Below are positions 22,975 to 34,029 of a stretch of 64,000 bases of DNA, one piece after another (within the stretch, counting starts at the first letter, position 1; the number at the start of each line of letters is the position of its first letter). The notes below the pieces were generated by a model. It was not told where the DNA came from and did not search any database. It worked only from the letters and a program-made list of their open reading frames with translations. The translations under genes were made by a program, and so were the position numbers. Source of the stretch: Mizuhopecten yessoensis (lineage: Eukaryota); assembly GCF_002113885.1 (NCBI RefSeq), contig NW_018404058.1, positions 726,860 through 790,859 on the forward strand, written 5' to 3'.

Positions 22975-25362
22975 CATACACATGGCAATAAAGAGTCAGT
23001 TCCTTAGTACTACAGAGACATGGCAATAAAGGGTGAGTTCCCTAGTACTACAGAGACATCAATAAAGGTTGCAATTGAGTTCCTTAGTACTACAGAGACA
23101 TCAATAAAGGGTCAGTTCCTTAGTACTACAGAGACATCAATAAAGGGTGAGTTCCCTAGTACTACAGAGACATTAATAAAGGGTGAGTTCCTTAGTACTA
23201 CAGAGACATCAATAAAGGGTCAGTTCTTTAGTACTACAGAGACATCAATCGTTCTAGGTTCCTTAGTACTTCAGAGACATCAATAAAGGGTCAGTTCCTT
23301 AGTACTACAGAGACATCAATCGTTCTAGGGTCCTCAGTACTACAGAGAAATCAATCGTTCTAGGTTCCTTAGTACTACAGAGATATCAATAAAGAGTCAG
23401 TTCCTTAGTACTACAGAGACATCAATCGTTCTAGGTTCCTCAGTACTACAGAGAAATCAATCGTTCTAGGTTCCTTAGTACTACAGAGATATCAATAAAG
23501 AGTCAGTTCCTTAGTACTACAGAGACATCAATCGTTCTAGGTTCCTTAGTACTACAGAGACATCAATCGTTCTAGGTTCCTCAGTACTACAGAGAAATCA
23601 ATCGTTCTAGGTTCCTTAGTACTACAGAGACATCAATCGTTCTAGGTTCATTAGTACTACAGAGATATCAGTAAAGGGTGAGTTCCTTAGTACTACAGAG
23701 ACATCAATCGTTCTAGGTTCATTAGTACTACAGAGATATCAGTAAAGGGTGAGTTCCTTAGTACTACAGAGACATCAATCGTTATAGGTTCCTTAGTACT
23801 ACAGAGACATCAATAAAGGGGCAGGTCCTTAGTACTGCAGAGACATCAATCGTTCTAGGTTCCTTAGTACTACAGTGACATCAATCGTTCTAGGTTCCTT
23901 AGTACTACAGAGACCATACACATGGCAATAAAGAGTCAGTTCCTTAGTACTACAGAGACATGGAAATAAAGGGTGAGTTCCCTAGTACTACAGAGACATC
24001 AATAAAGGTTGCAATTGAGTTCCTTAGTACTACAGAGACATCAATAAAGTGTCAGTTCCTTAGTACTACAGAGACATCAATCGTTATAGGTTCCTTAGTA
24101 CTACAGAGACATCAATAAAGTGTCAGTTCCTTAGTACTACAGAGACATCAATAAAGAGTACTACAGAGACATCAATAAAGGGTCAGTTCTTTAGTACTAC
24201 AGAGACATCAATAAAGGGTGAGTTCCCTAGTACTACAGAGACATCAATAAAGGTTGCAATTGAGTTCCTTAGTACTACAGAGACATCAATAAAGAGTCAG
24301 TTCCTTAGTACTACAGAGACATGGCAATAATGGGTGAGTTCCCTAGTACTACAGAGACATCAATAAAGGTTGCAATTGAGTTCCTTAGTACTACAGAGAC
24401 ATCAATAAAGGGGCAGTTCCTTAGTACTACAGAGACATCAATCGTTATAGGTTCCTTAGTACTACAGAGACATCAATAAAGAGTCAGTTCCTTAGTATTA
24501 CAGAGACATCAATAAAGGGTCAGTTCCTTAGTACTACAGAGACATCAATAAAGAGTCAGTTCCTTAGTATTACAGAGACATCAATAAAGGGTCAGTTCCT
24601 TAATACTACAGAGACATCAATCGTTCTAGGTTCCTCAGTACTACAGAGAAATCAATCGTTCTAGGTTCCTTAGTACTACAGAGACCATACACATGGCAAT
24701 AAAGAGTCAGTTCCTTAGTACTACAGAGATATGGCAATAAAGGGTGAGTTCCCTAGTACTACAGAGACATCAATAAAGGTTGCAATTGAGTTCCTTAGTA
24801 CTACAGAGACATCAATAAAGTGTCAGTTCCTTAGTACTACAGAGACATCAATAAAGGGGCAGGTCCTTAGTACTGCAGAGACATCAATCGTTCTAGGTTC
24901 CTTAGTACTACAGTGACATCAATCGTTCTAGGTTCCTTAGTACTACAGAGACATCAGTCGTTCTAGGTTCTTTAGTACTACAGAGACATCAATCGTTCTA
25001 GGGTCCTCAGTACTACAGAGAAATCAATCGTTCTAGGTTCCTTAGTACTACAGTGACATCAATCGTTCTAGGTTCCTTAGTACTACAGTGACATCAATCG
25101 TTCTAGGTTCCTTAGTACTACAGAGACCATACACATGGCAATAAAGAGTCAGTTCCTTAGTACTACAGAGACATCAATCGTTCTAGGTTCCTTAGTACTA
25201 CAGAGATATCAGTAAAGGGTGAGTTCCTTAGTACTACAGAGACATCAATCGTTCTAGGTTCCTTAGTACTACAGAGACATCAATCGTTCTAGGTTCCTTA
25301 GTACTACAGAGACATCAATCGTTCTAGGTTCCTTAGTACTACAGAGACATCAATCGTTCTAG
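22975..25362. repeat. Composite minisatellite, ~35-bp units (two main variants, higher-order blocks), abutting NHE exon 3
   Basis: gttccttagtactacagagacatcaat followed by cgttctag or aaagggt(c/g)a. Confidence 0.93.
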
Positions 25363-25619
25363 GTGCTGTACCACATGATGGAGGGATTTATAGAGATTGG
25401 AGAGGATAAATTAATTGCGATTGACGTCGCCACGGGCCTCAGTTCTTTCTTTGTGATAGCGCTTGGAGGGACCCTGATTGGGATCCTGTTTGGACTGTTC
25501 GGAGGTTTCATCACTAAATACACCCAACATGTGACAGTGATTGAACCACTGTTTGTCTTTGTCCTCGGCTACCTGATGTATCTTACCTCGGAAATGTGTC
25601 ATCTGTCTGGAATTCTGGC
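25363..25619 (+). CDS. NHE exon 3
   Basis: VLYHMMEGF...SFFVIALGG...VIEPLFVFVLGYLMYLTSEMCHLSGILA; acceptor supplied by the last minisatellite unit; donor gtgagt. Confidence 0.95.
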
Positions 25620-26114
25620 GTGAGTAGATAAACGTGGTCTCAGATAGACAAAGCTACCGACAGAATGACGATTTACATGATTCAGTTGATGAAGTCATTC
25701 TGATCTTGATATTTTAGATAATAAATTCTGTATTCAAAAGTACCACATTTAAAATAATATATTTAGACATGCTAGTTTAAGAATACAGTTTCCCTAAATT
25801 TAGCTGATGCAAATGTTTTCATTGTTTTACTTGAAAAATGTAATAAATAGAAAACTTAATGGTTTTCCAATTAAATATCATATATATATATATATACCCG
25901 GTATATATATCACTGGTATGGCAGAGTATCGGTTTCTCTCGTACCTCAGGCTTGTGAAAAATATTGGTATTTTGCCATATTCGTGAAATATTTTGGTATT
26001 CAACGTGAAACCATTAAATATACTCAATTTACTATATTTATAAAAACTACATGTACCTGGTACCTTTAATGGTTGTGGTGTTTTACATATAGTGGTTAAC
26101 TATTTATATTTCAG

Positions 26115-26332
26115 GTTGTCGTTTGGAGGAATTGTCCTCCGCCATTACCTAGAGGCAAATATTTCACGCAAAACCAAAACCAGCATTAAGTATTTCATGA
26201 AGATGTTGGCAAACATCAGCGAGACGATTATCTTCATGTTCCTGGGTCTCTCGACAATGGTAGACACCCTAGATTGGAATCTCAGCTTCATTCTATTTGC
26301 TCTGCTCTTCTGCCTGTTATACAGGGCCTTAG
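26115..26332 (+). CDS. NHE exon 4
   Basis: YLEANISRKTKTSIKYFMKMLANISETIIFMFLG...CLLYRALG; phases 2 to 1 consistent. Confidence 0.96.
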
Positions 26333-27022
26333 GTAAGTTTTTCCCGATGAATGTTTTGAAATTGATAGGTTTTAGTCACATATCTGATGTACACACTATT
26401 GACAAAAGGGAGATAACTGTGTGCTGTTTGTTGTCATGTCATCCTCTTCCCGTGTGTGGTGGATATTGCTCCCCTCCTTTAAGATGGGTTTTATTAACTA
26501 ATCTATTTTAACAGATCATTGAATAAATAGTTCTCATATAATACTATTGAATTAATAAAAACAGATATAAAGTATGTAGACAGTATTCATATTTTGAAAC
26601 AAACTTCTTTCTCAAAATGTGAAGATTTCTTTTAGATCTAATTGTAAATGCGACCAATATTCGTGCCATAGATATTATGGCAGGAAACGGCGTATCAGGG
26701 GCTACTCACTCTATAACAAACCTACTAATAGTAACAAATTCTTTTCAAAAGATTTTAAAGGGAGCTAGACTCTGCGAAGTCACAGAGAAACTTGATAAAG
26801 AGCGCGAGCTAGACTCCCCTGTTACACTGAATACTTTATGAATGCCATGTAAATATGAAAAAACTGTTTTCTATTATTGCATCGCAACAAAGTATAACAT
26901 AAAACTTAACAATCATTTAAAGGTATTTGCTTAATATGCGTAAGATTATCAAATTGATTTCTTCATTCACGCAAGAATATAATGTAGGAATGTACAGTTT
27001 CTGTGAATGCTATTTGTTCCAG

Positions 27023-27225
27023 GTGTGATAATTCTATCATTCATCCTGAACCGCCGTCGTCTGGTGAAATTGACAGGGATCGACCAGTTTATCATGGCCT
27101 ATGGTGGTCTCCGAGGTGGTATCGCCTTCTGTCTCTCTCTGTCCCTAAAGGAGGAGTTGGTTCCCGAGAAACGCCTCTTCATCACAGCGACCATCATCAT
27201 AGTGTTCTTCACTGTGTTCGTACAG
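27023..27225 (+). CDS. NHE exon 5
   Basis: DQFIMAYGGLRGGIAF...FFTVFVQ; ttccag acceptor, gtatgg donor. Confidence 0.96.
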
Positions 27226-27448
27226 GTATGGTCTGGGATTATACAGAATATAATGATAATGTAGGATTATAGCAGTGGTTTAGTATGACTGAAGAACAGG
27301 GATCAGTTGTAGGTTGGAGTTTGGAAAACACACCAAATAGAGATTAGTGCAGGTTGAGTGGGGGAAGGGGTGTACTAACTCGTTAGATAAACATCAAGTC
27401 TTGTAATATTTATTAGTATTAGCAGCCCCTTGTAGAGACATTGTTTTT

Positions 27449-27945
27449 AACCTAGTAAGTCTGTATGTTTGGATATTTCAGGGTATCACCATCAACCTAG
27501 TAAGTCTGTATGTTTGGATATTTCAGGGTATCACCATCAACCTAGTAAGTCTGTATGTTTGGATATTTCAGGGTATCACCATCAACCTAGTAAGTCTGTA
27601 TGTTTGGATATTTCAGGGTATCACCATCAACCTAGTAAGTCTGTATGTTTGGATATTTCAGGGTATCACCATCAACCTAGTAAGTCTGTATGTTTGGATA
27701 TTTCAGGGTATCACCATCAACCTAGTAAGTCTGTATGTTTGGATATTTCAGGGTATCACCATCAACCTAGTAAGTCTGTATGTTTGGATATTTCAGGGTA
27801 TCACCATCAACCTAGTAAGTCTGTATGTTTGGATATTTCAGGGTATCACCATCAACCTAGTAAGTCTGTATGTTTGGATATTTCAGGGTATCACCATCAA
27901 CCTAGTAAGTCTGTATGTTTGGATATTTCAGGGTATAACCATTAA
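27449..27945 (+). repeat. 45-bp tandem array (11 units) spanning the intron 5/exon 6 acceptor
   Basis: Unit cctagtaagtctgtatgtttggatatttcagggtatcaccatcaa at 27451+45n. Confidence 0.96.
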
Positions 27946-28021
27946 GCCTGTGGTGAATGCTCTTAAAGTCAAGAAAGAAAAAGAAGGTGACCCATCACTT
28001 CATGAGAAAATCAATGAAACG
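27932..28021 (+). CDS. NHE exon 6
   Basis: GITIKPVVNALKVKKEKEGDPSLHEKINET, continuing the conserved VQGxTIKP motif; donor gtaagt. Confidence 0.92.
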
Positions 28022-28329
28022 GTAAGTGAACAATACCAGTAGTGGTGGGTTGTGTAGTAGACAACTCGGCCAGACTAGATGTTTTCTTTGGCGGGTTTGT
28101 CTTGAAGTTAGGTAGTCTATTAGTATGTTGAACAACATAAGAATATTGTAAGTGTCTTGTTTAAAACATGAATATATCATGAATTCAATCCTAACTTACG
28201 CAATAGGTAAAATAGATAATCTTAACTCACCTTTAAAATTCTTATGGTAACAATCTAATATTCAAATTCAAATTTGTAATTTATTTTTGTTAAAAAACAA
28301 GTTAATTTTAACCTTTGACCTTAATATAG

Positions 28330-28400
28330 TTCATCGACCACTTGATGGCAGGCATTGAAGGTGTAACTAAGCGATCAGGACACAATTTGATGCGGAGCAA
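28330..28400 (+). CDS. NHE exon 7
   Basis: FIDHLMAGIEGVTKRSGHNLMRSK, matching the conserved DHL..GIE..G.H juxtamembrane (CHP-binding) region. Confidence 0.92.
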
Positions 28401-28870
28401 GTAAGTCAAGCAACAAAGAATACGATAGTACTTTTATAATAATCAGATCACACGTCTTGTGATAGAGTCATAGGCACTGTGTTGACACTTCTGAGATGAA
28501 CTTAAAATTCAAAATATGAACAGTTCAGGGAACAGAATATTTGAACAATGGACAAGGAGTGGCCCAAAAAAAAAATGTATTTGAATCAAATTTAACAAAA
28601 TATATAACATGTAGTATAAATGATATAAACTGTCTTTTTTCAAGATTGGCCCTGGCCTTGGGAAAATACCATCTTCCTTAATTTTACCTCAATGTGGTAA
28701 AATAATTGCTGCAGCCTCGATGTGATATTATTCTCTGTAGAAGTAACTGCCTGTAGGATACTCCACTTCAAAGTTATCATTATTATTAAAGCGGTCCATA
28801 TTTTAATTGATTTATGTCTTTGTACCATAACCCAACCTAATAAGTAATGTCTATTTTTGTTGTGTTAAAG

Positions 28871-29062
28871 GTTCCGTCATATTAACCACAAGTATATCAA
28901 GCCATGGCTAAATCGTGAGTCGGTCAAACTGACCACTACCAAGGCTGACAAGGTCCTGGACATCTTCCACAGTATCAGTGTCCAGGATGCCCTTCATCAG
29001 ATGGGAGATGGTGAGGCTGTGGAGGTCGTAGGAGGTCACAAGCTCCCTCTGTTGTCAGCAGA
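28871..29062 (+). CDS. NHE exon 8
   Basis: FRHINHKYIKPWLNRE...KVLDIFHSISVQDAL...; phases 2 to 2; donor gtaagt. Confidence 0.88.
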
Positions 29063-29473
29063 GTAAGTTATCTCCCTTGGAGAAAAGTTTATCATTCCTT
29101 TTTCTAGTCACCTGAATCTTTTCCTGTTTGTTACATGAAGTGATGCCATCAGTTCCCTCTTGTTAGTAGAGTTATCTCCTCTCATAAGACTGACTCAACA
29201 ACTTCAATTTACAATCGCATACAATTGTTTGAAGAGATAAACTCCCTCTTGCCTTTAGAGTTTCCTCCCCTTGATGAGACCCCCTCGCCCAACCTCCATC
29301 CAACATATCTTTTACGCATCATTTTCACTTAAAATACTTATTTTACATGCATTTACATTAAGCATCAATAGCAAACTGAAGTGTCACAAATGATAATTTG
29401 ATACATAACACAGAACACACATATTGAGTGAAATGAGAATTATTGTTTTTTTGATCAAGTGCAAAAAGGTAGG

Positions 29474-29650
29474 CAGTGGTGGATCCAGAGGTTTTTTTGG
29501 GGCTTCAGGAAAAAAACAAAAACTGAATTTTCTTAAAAAATCATGTATTTTCATCAGTTTCCTCAATTTTTCCCCACATAGAACCCCTCCCCCCCACCCC
29601 CCCTGGAACTTTGGAATCACCCCCCAGATAGGTCTCTAGATTTGCCACTG
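29474..29650. mobile_element. MITE (TIR CAGTGG(C/T)GGATCCAGAG, 5-bp TSD gtagg)
   Basis: Imperfect TIRs; gtagg on both flanks; inverted sister copy at 40208-40380. Confidence 0.8.
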
Positions 29651-29912
29651 GTAGGGTAACTAAATAATTGTTCCCAAAAATAAAGTTATCTATTCTAGAT
29701 AGAAATTCTGTTATACCAATTCTAGATGGTATGAGGCATTATTGCAAGACTGATTTTGCACATGGGGTCATACAATAAATCTGGTTAACAGATAGCTGAC
29801 TGGAAGTCTCAGGTTTTTTTTATTGTGAATTTAATTAGAAATCAATGAAGTCATTACGTTTTTTGTTGAAATGTTTAAGTAATAAATCTAAAATCTGCAA
29901 TATTCTTTTCAG

Positions 29913-30039
29913 GTCTAGAATGAATGGTTACCATCAGGACAATGCAAAAAATGGTAGAATTGTGCCTTCCTTAAACACTGAGAAAGATGCACACCTTCAC
30001 CGCCTTCTCAACGAAGGCATGCTCAGAACAAGGACCACA
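29913..30039 (+). CDS. NHE exon 9
   Basis: tcttttcag acceptor, gtaagt donor; SRMNGY...LHRLLNEGMLRTRTT; phases 2 to 0. Confidence 0.82.
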
Positions 30040-30061
30040 GTAAGTACTTTTCTAGCACATT

Positions 30062-31269
30062 CTGGCCCCGTATTCATGAAATCGTTCTCATGCTCAATCT
30101 TGGACTCTGTGCTCAAACCTAATTTATTGTGTCGCCTACGACCGATATCGGAAAGACACATAGGCGTTGCTTTTCCGACGGCGTCGTCAACAATGTTAAG
30201 GTTTTGCGTTTAGCTCTGTTTCTGACAAAGTTACACCAACAAAACCTTGATCATAGATGTAACATGGGTAGTGGAGCCTACTGCACTAAAAACATTTCAT
30301 TGATTTCTGCATTTTTTTGGTAAAAACCTCAAATTTCTGGACTTAGAAAAAAACTCAACGGTAAGGTTTTGCGTTTAGCTCTTACATATTAGGCTGTTTC
30401 TGACAAAGTATAAATGCTACAGCAACCAAACTTGGGTCATAGGTGTATCATGGGATGTATAGCTGAATGCATTACACTCTTTACTAGCATTTTAACGATT
30501 TCTGTATTTTTTTTGCTAAAAACCTCAAATTTCTGGACTCAACGTTAAGGTTTTGCGTTCAGCTCTTGCATATTAGGCTCTTTTTGACAAAGTATAAGAG
30601 CTACACCAACCAAACCTCAATCATACATGTATCACGGGTAGTAGAGCCTACTACTCTAAAAACATTTCATTGATTTCTGCACTCTTTCGGATAAAAACCT
30701 GAAATTTCTGGACTTTAAAAAAAAAAAAATGTTATGATTTTGCGTTTAGGTCCGTTTCCTTATGTACTATGTCAAATGCTTATTATATTGACAAAGCGGG
30801 ACAGGCGACACATATAATTACGCGTAATTCTTGTGTTCATTTGGGATGAAGCACCCTTGGTAGAAAGGGAACCAATTTTGCATAAATGGTGGGTCTGACC
30901 CCCCCTTTTGGCAAAGAGGCAGGGCCAAAGAGGAAAAATAGCTTTTAAATCCTTCTGCTTCTGTAGGAATGACAGGATTATGTCCATATTTGATCTAACG
31001 CATCCTTGGGTGAAGGGGACCTAATTTTGTATCAAACATGTGTCTGACTAACCATGTACTACATGTACACCTCCAGTGACACCACGCTATTCTAACTTCA
31101 ATTTTGCTAACATTTCCAGGTGAGCGATACAGGCCCTCTGGGCCTCTGGTTAAGATTTACATTTGACTTTTTGATCGTTTGACATGATTTAAGTGACTTA
31201 CAAGAAAGCTGGTTTGAGCACAGAATCTATGCTTGAGCACAAAAACAGTTTCATGAACACCGGGCCCAG
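30062..31269. mobile_element. MITE with ~58-bp imperfect TIRs, interrupted by a Helentron-type insertion
   Basis: ctggccccgtattcatgaaa...tctgtgctcaaacc versus ggtttgagcacagaat...tttcatgaacaccgggcccag. Confidence 0.75.
30123..31151 (+). mobile_element. Non-autonomous Helentron (HINE/DINE-1-like) with internal tandem repeats
   Basis: 5' ttattgtgtcgcct, internal repeated aaggttttgcgtttagctc units, 3' caggtgagcgatac plus stem-loop aggccc-tct-gggcct plus tt. Confidence 0.75.
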
Positions 31270-31454
31270 ACCTGGGAGTTCACAGTGTCCGGAACTTGGA
31301 TATACTCTAAATGGAAACTTATATGGTTTTCCCCATTTTTGTATTGCAGATTTCATGACACTTTCAAACTTGCTGAAGGAAATTTTAAAAATTGACAAGA
31401 AATAGATGATGTTGTCATCCTTGATTAGAAAGTTATTCATTTAAAAAACATGTG

Positions 31455-33005
31455 TGTAAGATATATCTATCCCTATAGCAAGGGAATATAGGTTATATGT
31501 CTCCCATAGCTATGGGTGTAAGATATATCTATCCCTATAGCAAGGGAATATAGGTTATATGTCTCCCATAGCTATGGGTGTAAGATGTATCTATCCCTAT
31601 AGCAAGGGAATATAGGTTATATGTCTCCCATAGCTATGGGTGTAAGATGTATCTATCCCTATAGCAAGGGAATATAGGTTATATGTCTCCCATAGCTATG
31701 GGTGTAAGATGTATCTATCCCTATAGCAAGGGAATATAGGTTATATGTCTCCCATAGCTATGGGTGTAAGATGTATCTATCCCTATAGCAAGGGAATATA
31801 GGTTATATGTCTCCCATAGCTATGGGTGTAAGATGTATCTATCCCTATAGCAAGGGAATATAGGTTATATGTCTCCCATAGCTATGGGTGTAAGATGTAT
31901 CTATCCCTATAGCAAGGGAATATAGGTTATATGTCTCCCATAGCTATGGGTGTAAGATGTATCTATCCCTATAGCAAGGGAATATAGGTTATATGTCTCC
32001 CATAGCTATGGGTGTAAGATGTATCTATCCCTATAGCAAGGGAATATAGGTTATATGTCTCCCATAGCTATGGGTGTAAGATGTATCTATCCCTATAGCA
32101 AGGGAATATAGGTTATATGTCTCCCATAGCTATGGGTGTAAGATGTATCTATCCCTATAGCAAGGGAATATAGGTTATATGTCTCCCATAGCTATGGGTG
32201 TAAGATGTATCTATCCCTATAGCAAGGGAATATAGGTTATATGTCTCCCATAGCTATGGGTGTAAGATGTATCTATCCCTATAGCAAGGGAATATAGGTT
32301 ATATGTCTCCCATAGCTATGGGTGTAAGATGTATCTATCCCTATAGCAAGGGAATATAGGTTATATGTCTCCCATAGCTATGGGTGTTAGATATATCTAT
32401 CCCTATAGCAAGGGAATATAGGTTATATGTCTCCCATAGCTATGGGTGTAAAATATATCTATCCCTATAGCATGGGAATATAGGTTTTCTGTCTCCTATA
32501 GCTGTGAGTGTGAGATATATCTATCCCTATAGCAAGGGAATATAGGTTATCTGTCTCCCATAGCTATGGGTGTAAGAGATCTCTATCCCTATAGCAAGGA
32601 AAATAGGTTAGTTTTCTGTCTCCCATAGCTATGGTTGTTAGCTATATCTATTCCTATAGCATGGGAATATAGGTTATGTCTCCCATAGCTGTGAGTGTGA
32701 GATATATCTATCCCTATAGCAAGGAACATAGGTTAGTTTTCTCCCATAGCTATGGGTGTTAGATATATCTATCCCTATAGCAAGGGAATGTAGATTATAT
32801 GTCTCCCATAGCTATGGGTGTTAGATATATCTATCCCCATAGCAAGGGAATATAGGTTATGTCTCCCATAGCTATGGGTGTTAGATATATCTATTCCTAT
32901 AGCAAGGAACATAGGTTAGTTTTCTGCCATAGCTGTGGATGTAAGATATATCTATCCCTATAGCAAGGGAATGTAGCTTATCTGCCTCCTATTGCTGTGG
33001 ATGTA
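31455..33005. repeat. Minisatellite, 62-bp unit (~25 copies) made of two palindromic half-units
   Basis: gtaagatgtatctatccctatagcaagggaatataggttatatgtctcccatagctatgggt. Confidence 0.95.
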
Positions 33006-33184
33006 CAAGATCTCTTATACGATTTCTCCTACACCTCACAGGTGCATTCCCAAGATTTGTTAGGGAAATATAATCTTGTCTTTACCTATATAGTGAAAGA
33101 CAGCTTACAAACTCTCAAACTTACAAACCATTGTGTCATCACTTGATGCAGTGTAACCAGGGTAGCATCATCAATTTTGTCAAT

Positions 33185-33446
33185 CCTTGTGATGTCACTC
33201 CTTGTGATGTCACTCCTACTCCTTGTGATGTCACTCCTCTTGATGTCACTCCTACTCCTTGTGATGTCACTCCTACTCCTTGTGATGTCACTCCTTGTGA
33301 TGTCACTCCTACTCCTTGTGATGTCACTCCTATTCCTTGTGATGTCACACCTTGTGATGTCACTCCTACTCCTTGTGATGTCACACCTTGTGATGTCACT
33401 CCTTGTGATGTCACTCCTACTCCTTGTGATGTCACTCCTTGTGATG
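33185..33446. repeat. Tandem repeat, 15/21-bp units
   Basis: ccttgtgatgtcact(cctact). Confidence 0.9.
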
Positions 33447-33860
33447 CAGACAGAGAAACTTCAACCTTTGGGATAAGATTTTTGAAGTTTACCACTCTAG
33501 TAAACTTCAAAAGTCATATCCTGAGGGTCCAGATTTCTCTGTCTATATCATGAAATGGAAATAGATTCTATAAACTTTCCATACCATGTAAGGTGCCTAC
33601 CATGGTTATGGCTTTAAGATGGGAATGTCTATATTACATAGCATGGGGTGTAAAATATCAGTTTTATCAAGTTGAATTTAAAATCTCATTCGATACATTG
33701 CAATAAAAATTATTAACTGTTGTACACAACTACCATCATTTCAAAAATAAGTTAGGTAGAACTTAACTTGATATCAAGTTAACAGCTGTTTTCTAGTAAA
33801 TATGTCATTAATATTTGTTGGCAGGATTCAAATGAACTTTTTGTACTTGTTTCTCTGCAG

Positions 33861-34029
33861 TGTGTAGTCCACCAAAAGAACTCTGTCCTGGAGGCCGAGG
33901 AGCACAAACGCCATGTACGACCAGCGAAGCTCTTCACTGTAGTCAGTGGAAGTCACCACAGTGTTTCACCTCACAACTCACATAGCAACAGACACACTGA
34001 ACACACTTCATTCTCTCCAGAGGTCACAG
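33861..34029 (+). CDS. NHE exon 10
   Basis: ttctctgcag acceptor; open CVVHQKNSVLEAEEHKRH...EHTSFSPEVT; donor CAG|gtatgt, phase 1 fits exon 11. Confidence 0.78.

Noticed and set aside
27469-27945. 158-aa ORF (DISGYHHQPSKSVCL)n
   Set aside because: Wrong frame relative to NHE exons 5 and 6; a by-product of the 45-bp array.
32977-33063. Possible extra NHE exon at the end of the 62-bp array
   Set aside because: Weak acceptor, no good donor, in-frame stop; it is degenerate repeat edge.
33131-33553. PCDVT-repeat ORF as a mucin-like NHE exon
   Set aside because: Open on both strands because the units are multiples of 3; no convincing splice sites; exons 9 and 10 join in phase without it.
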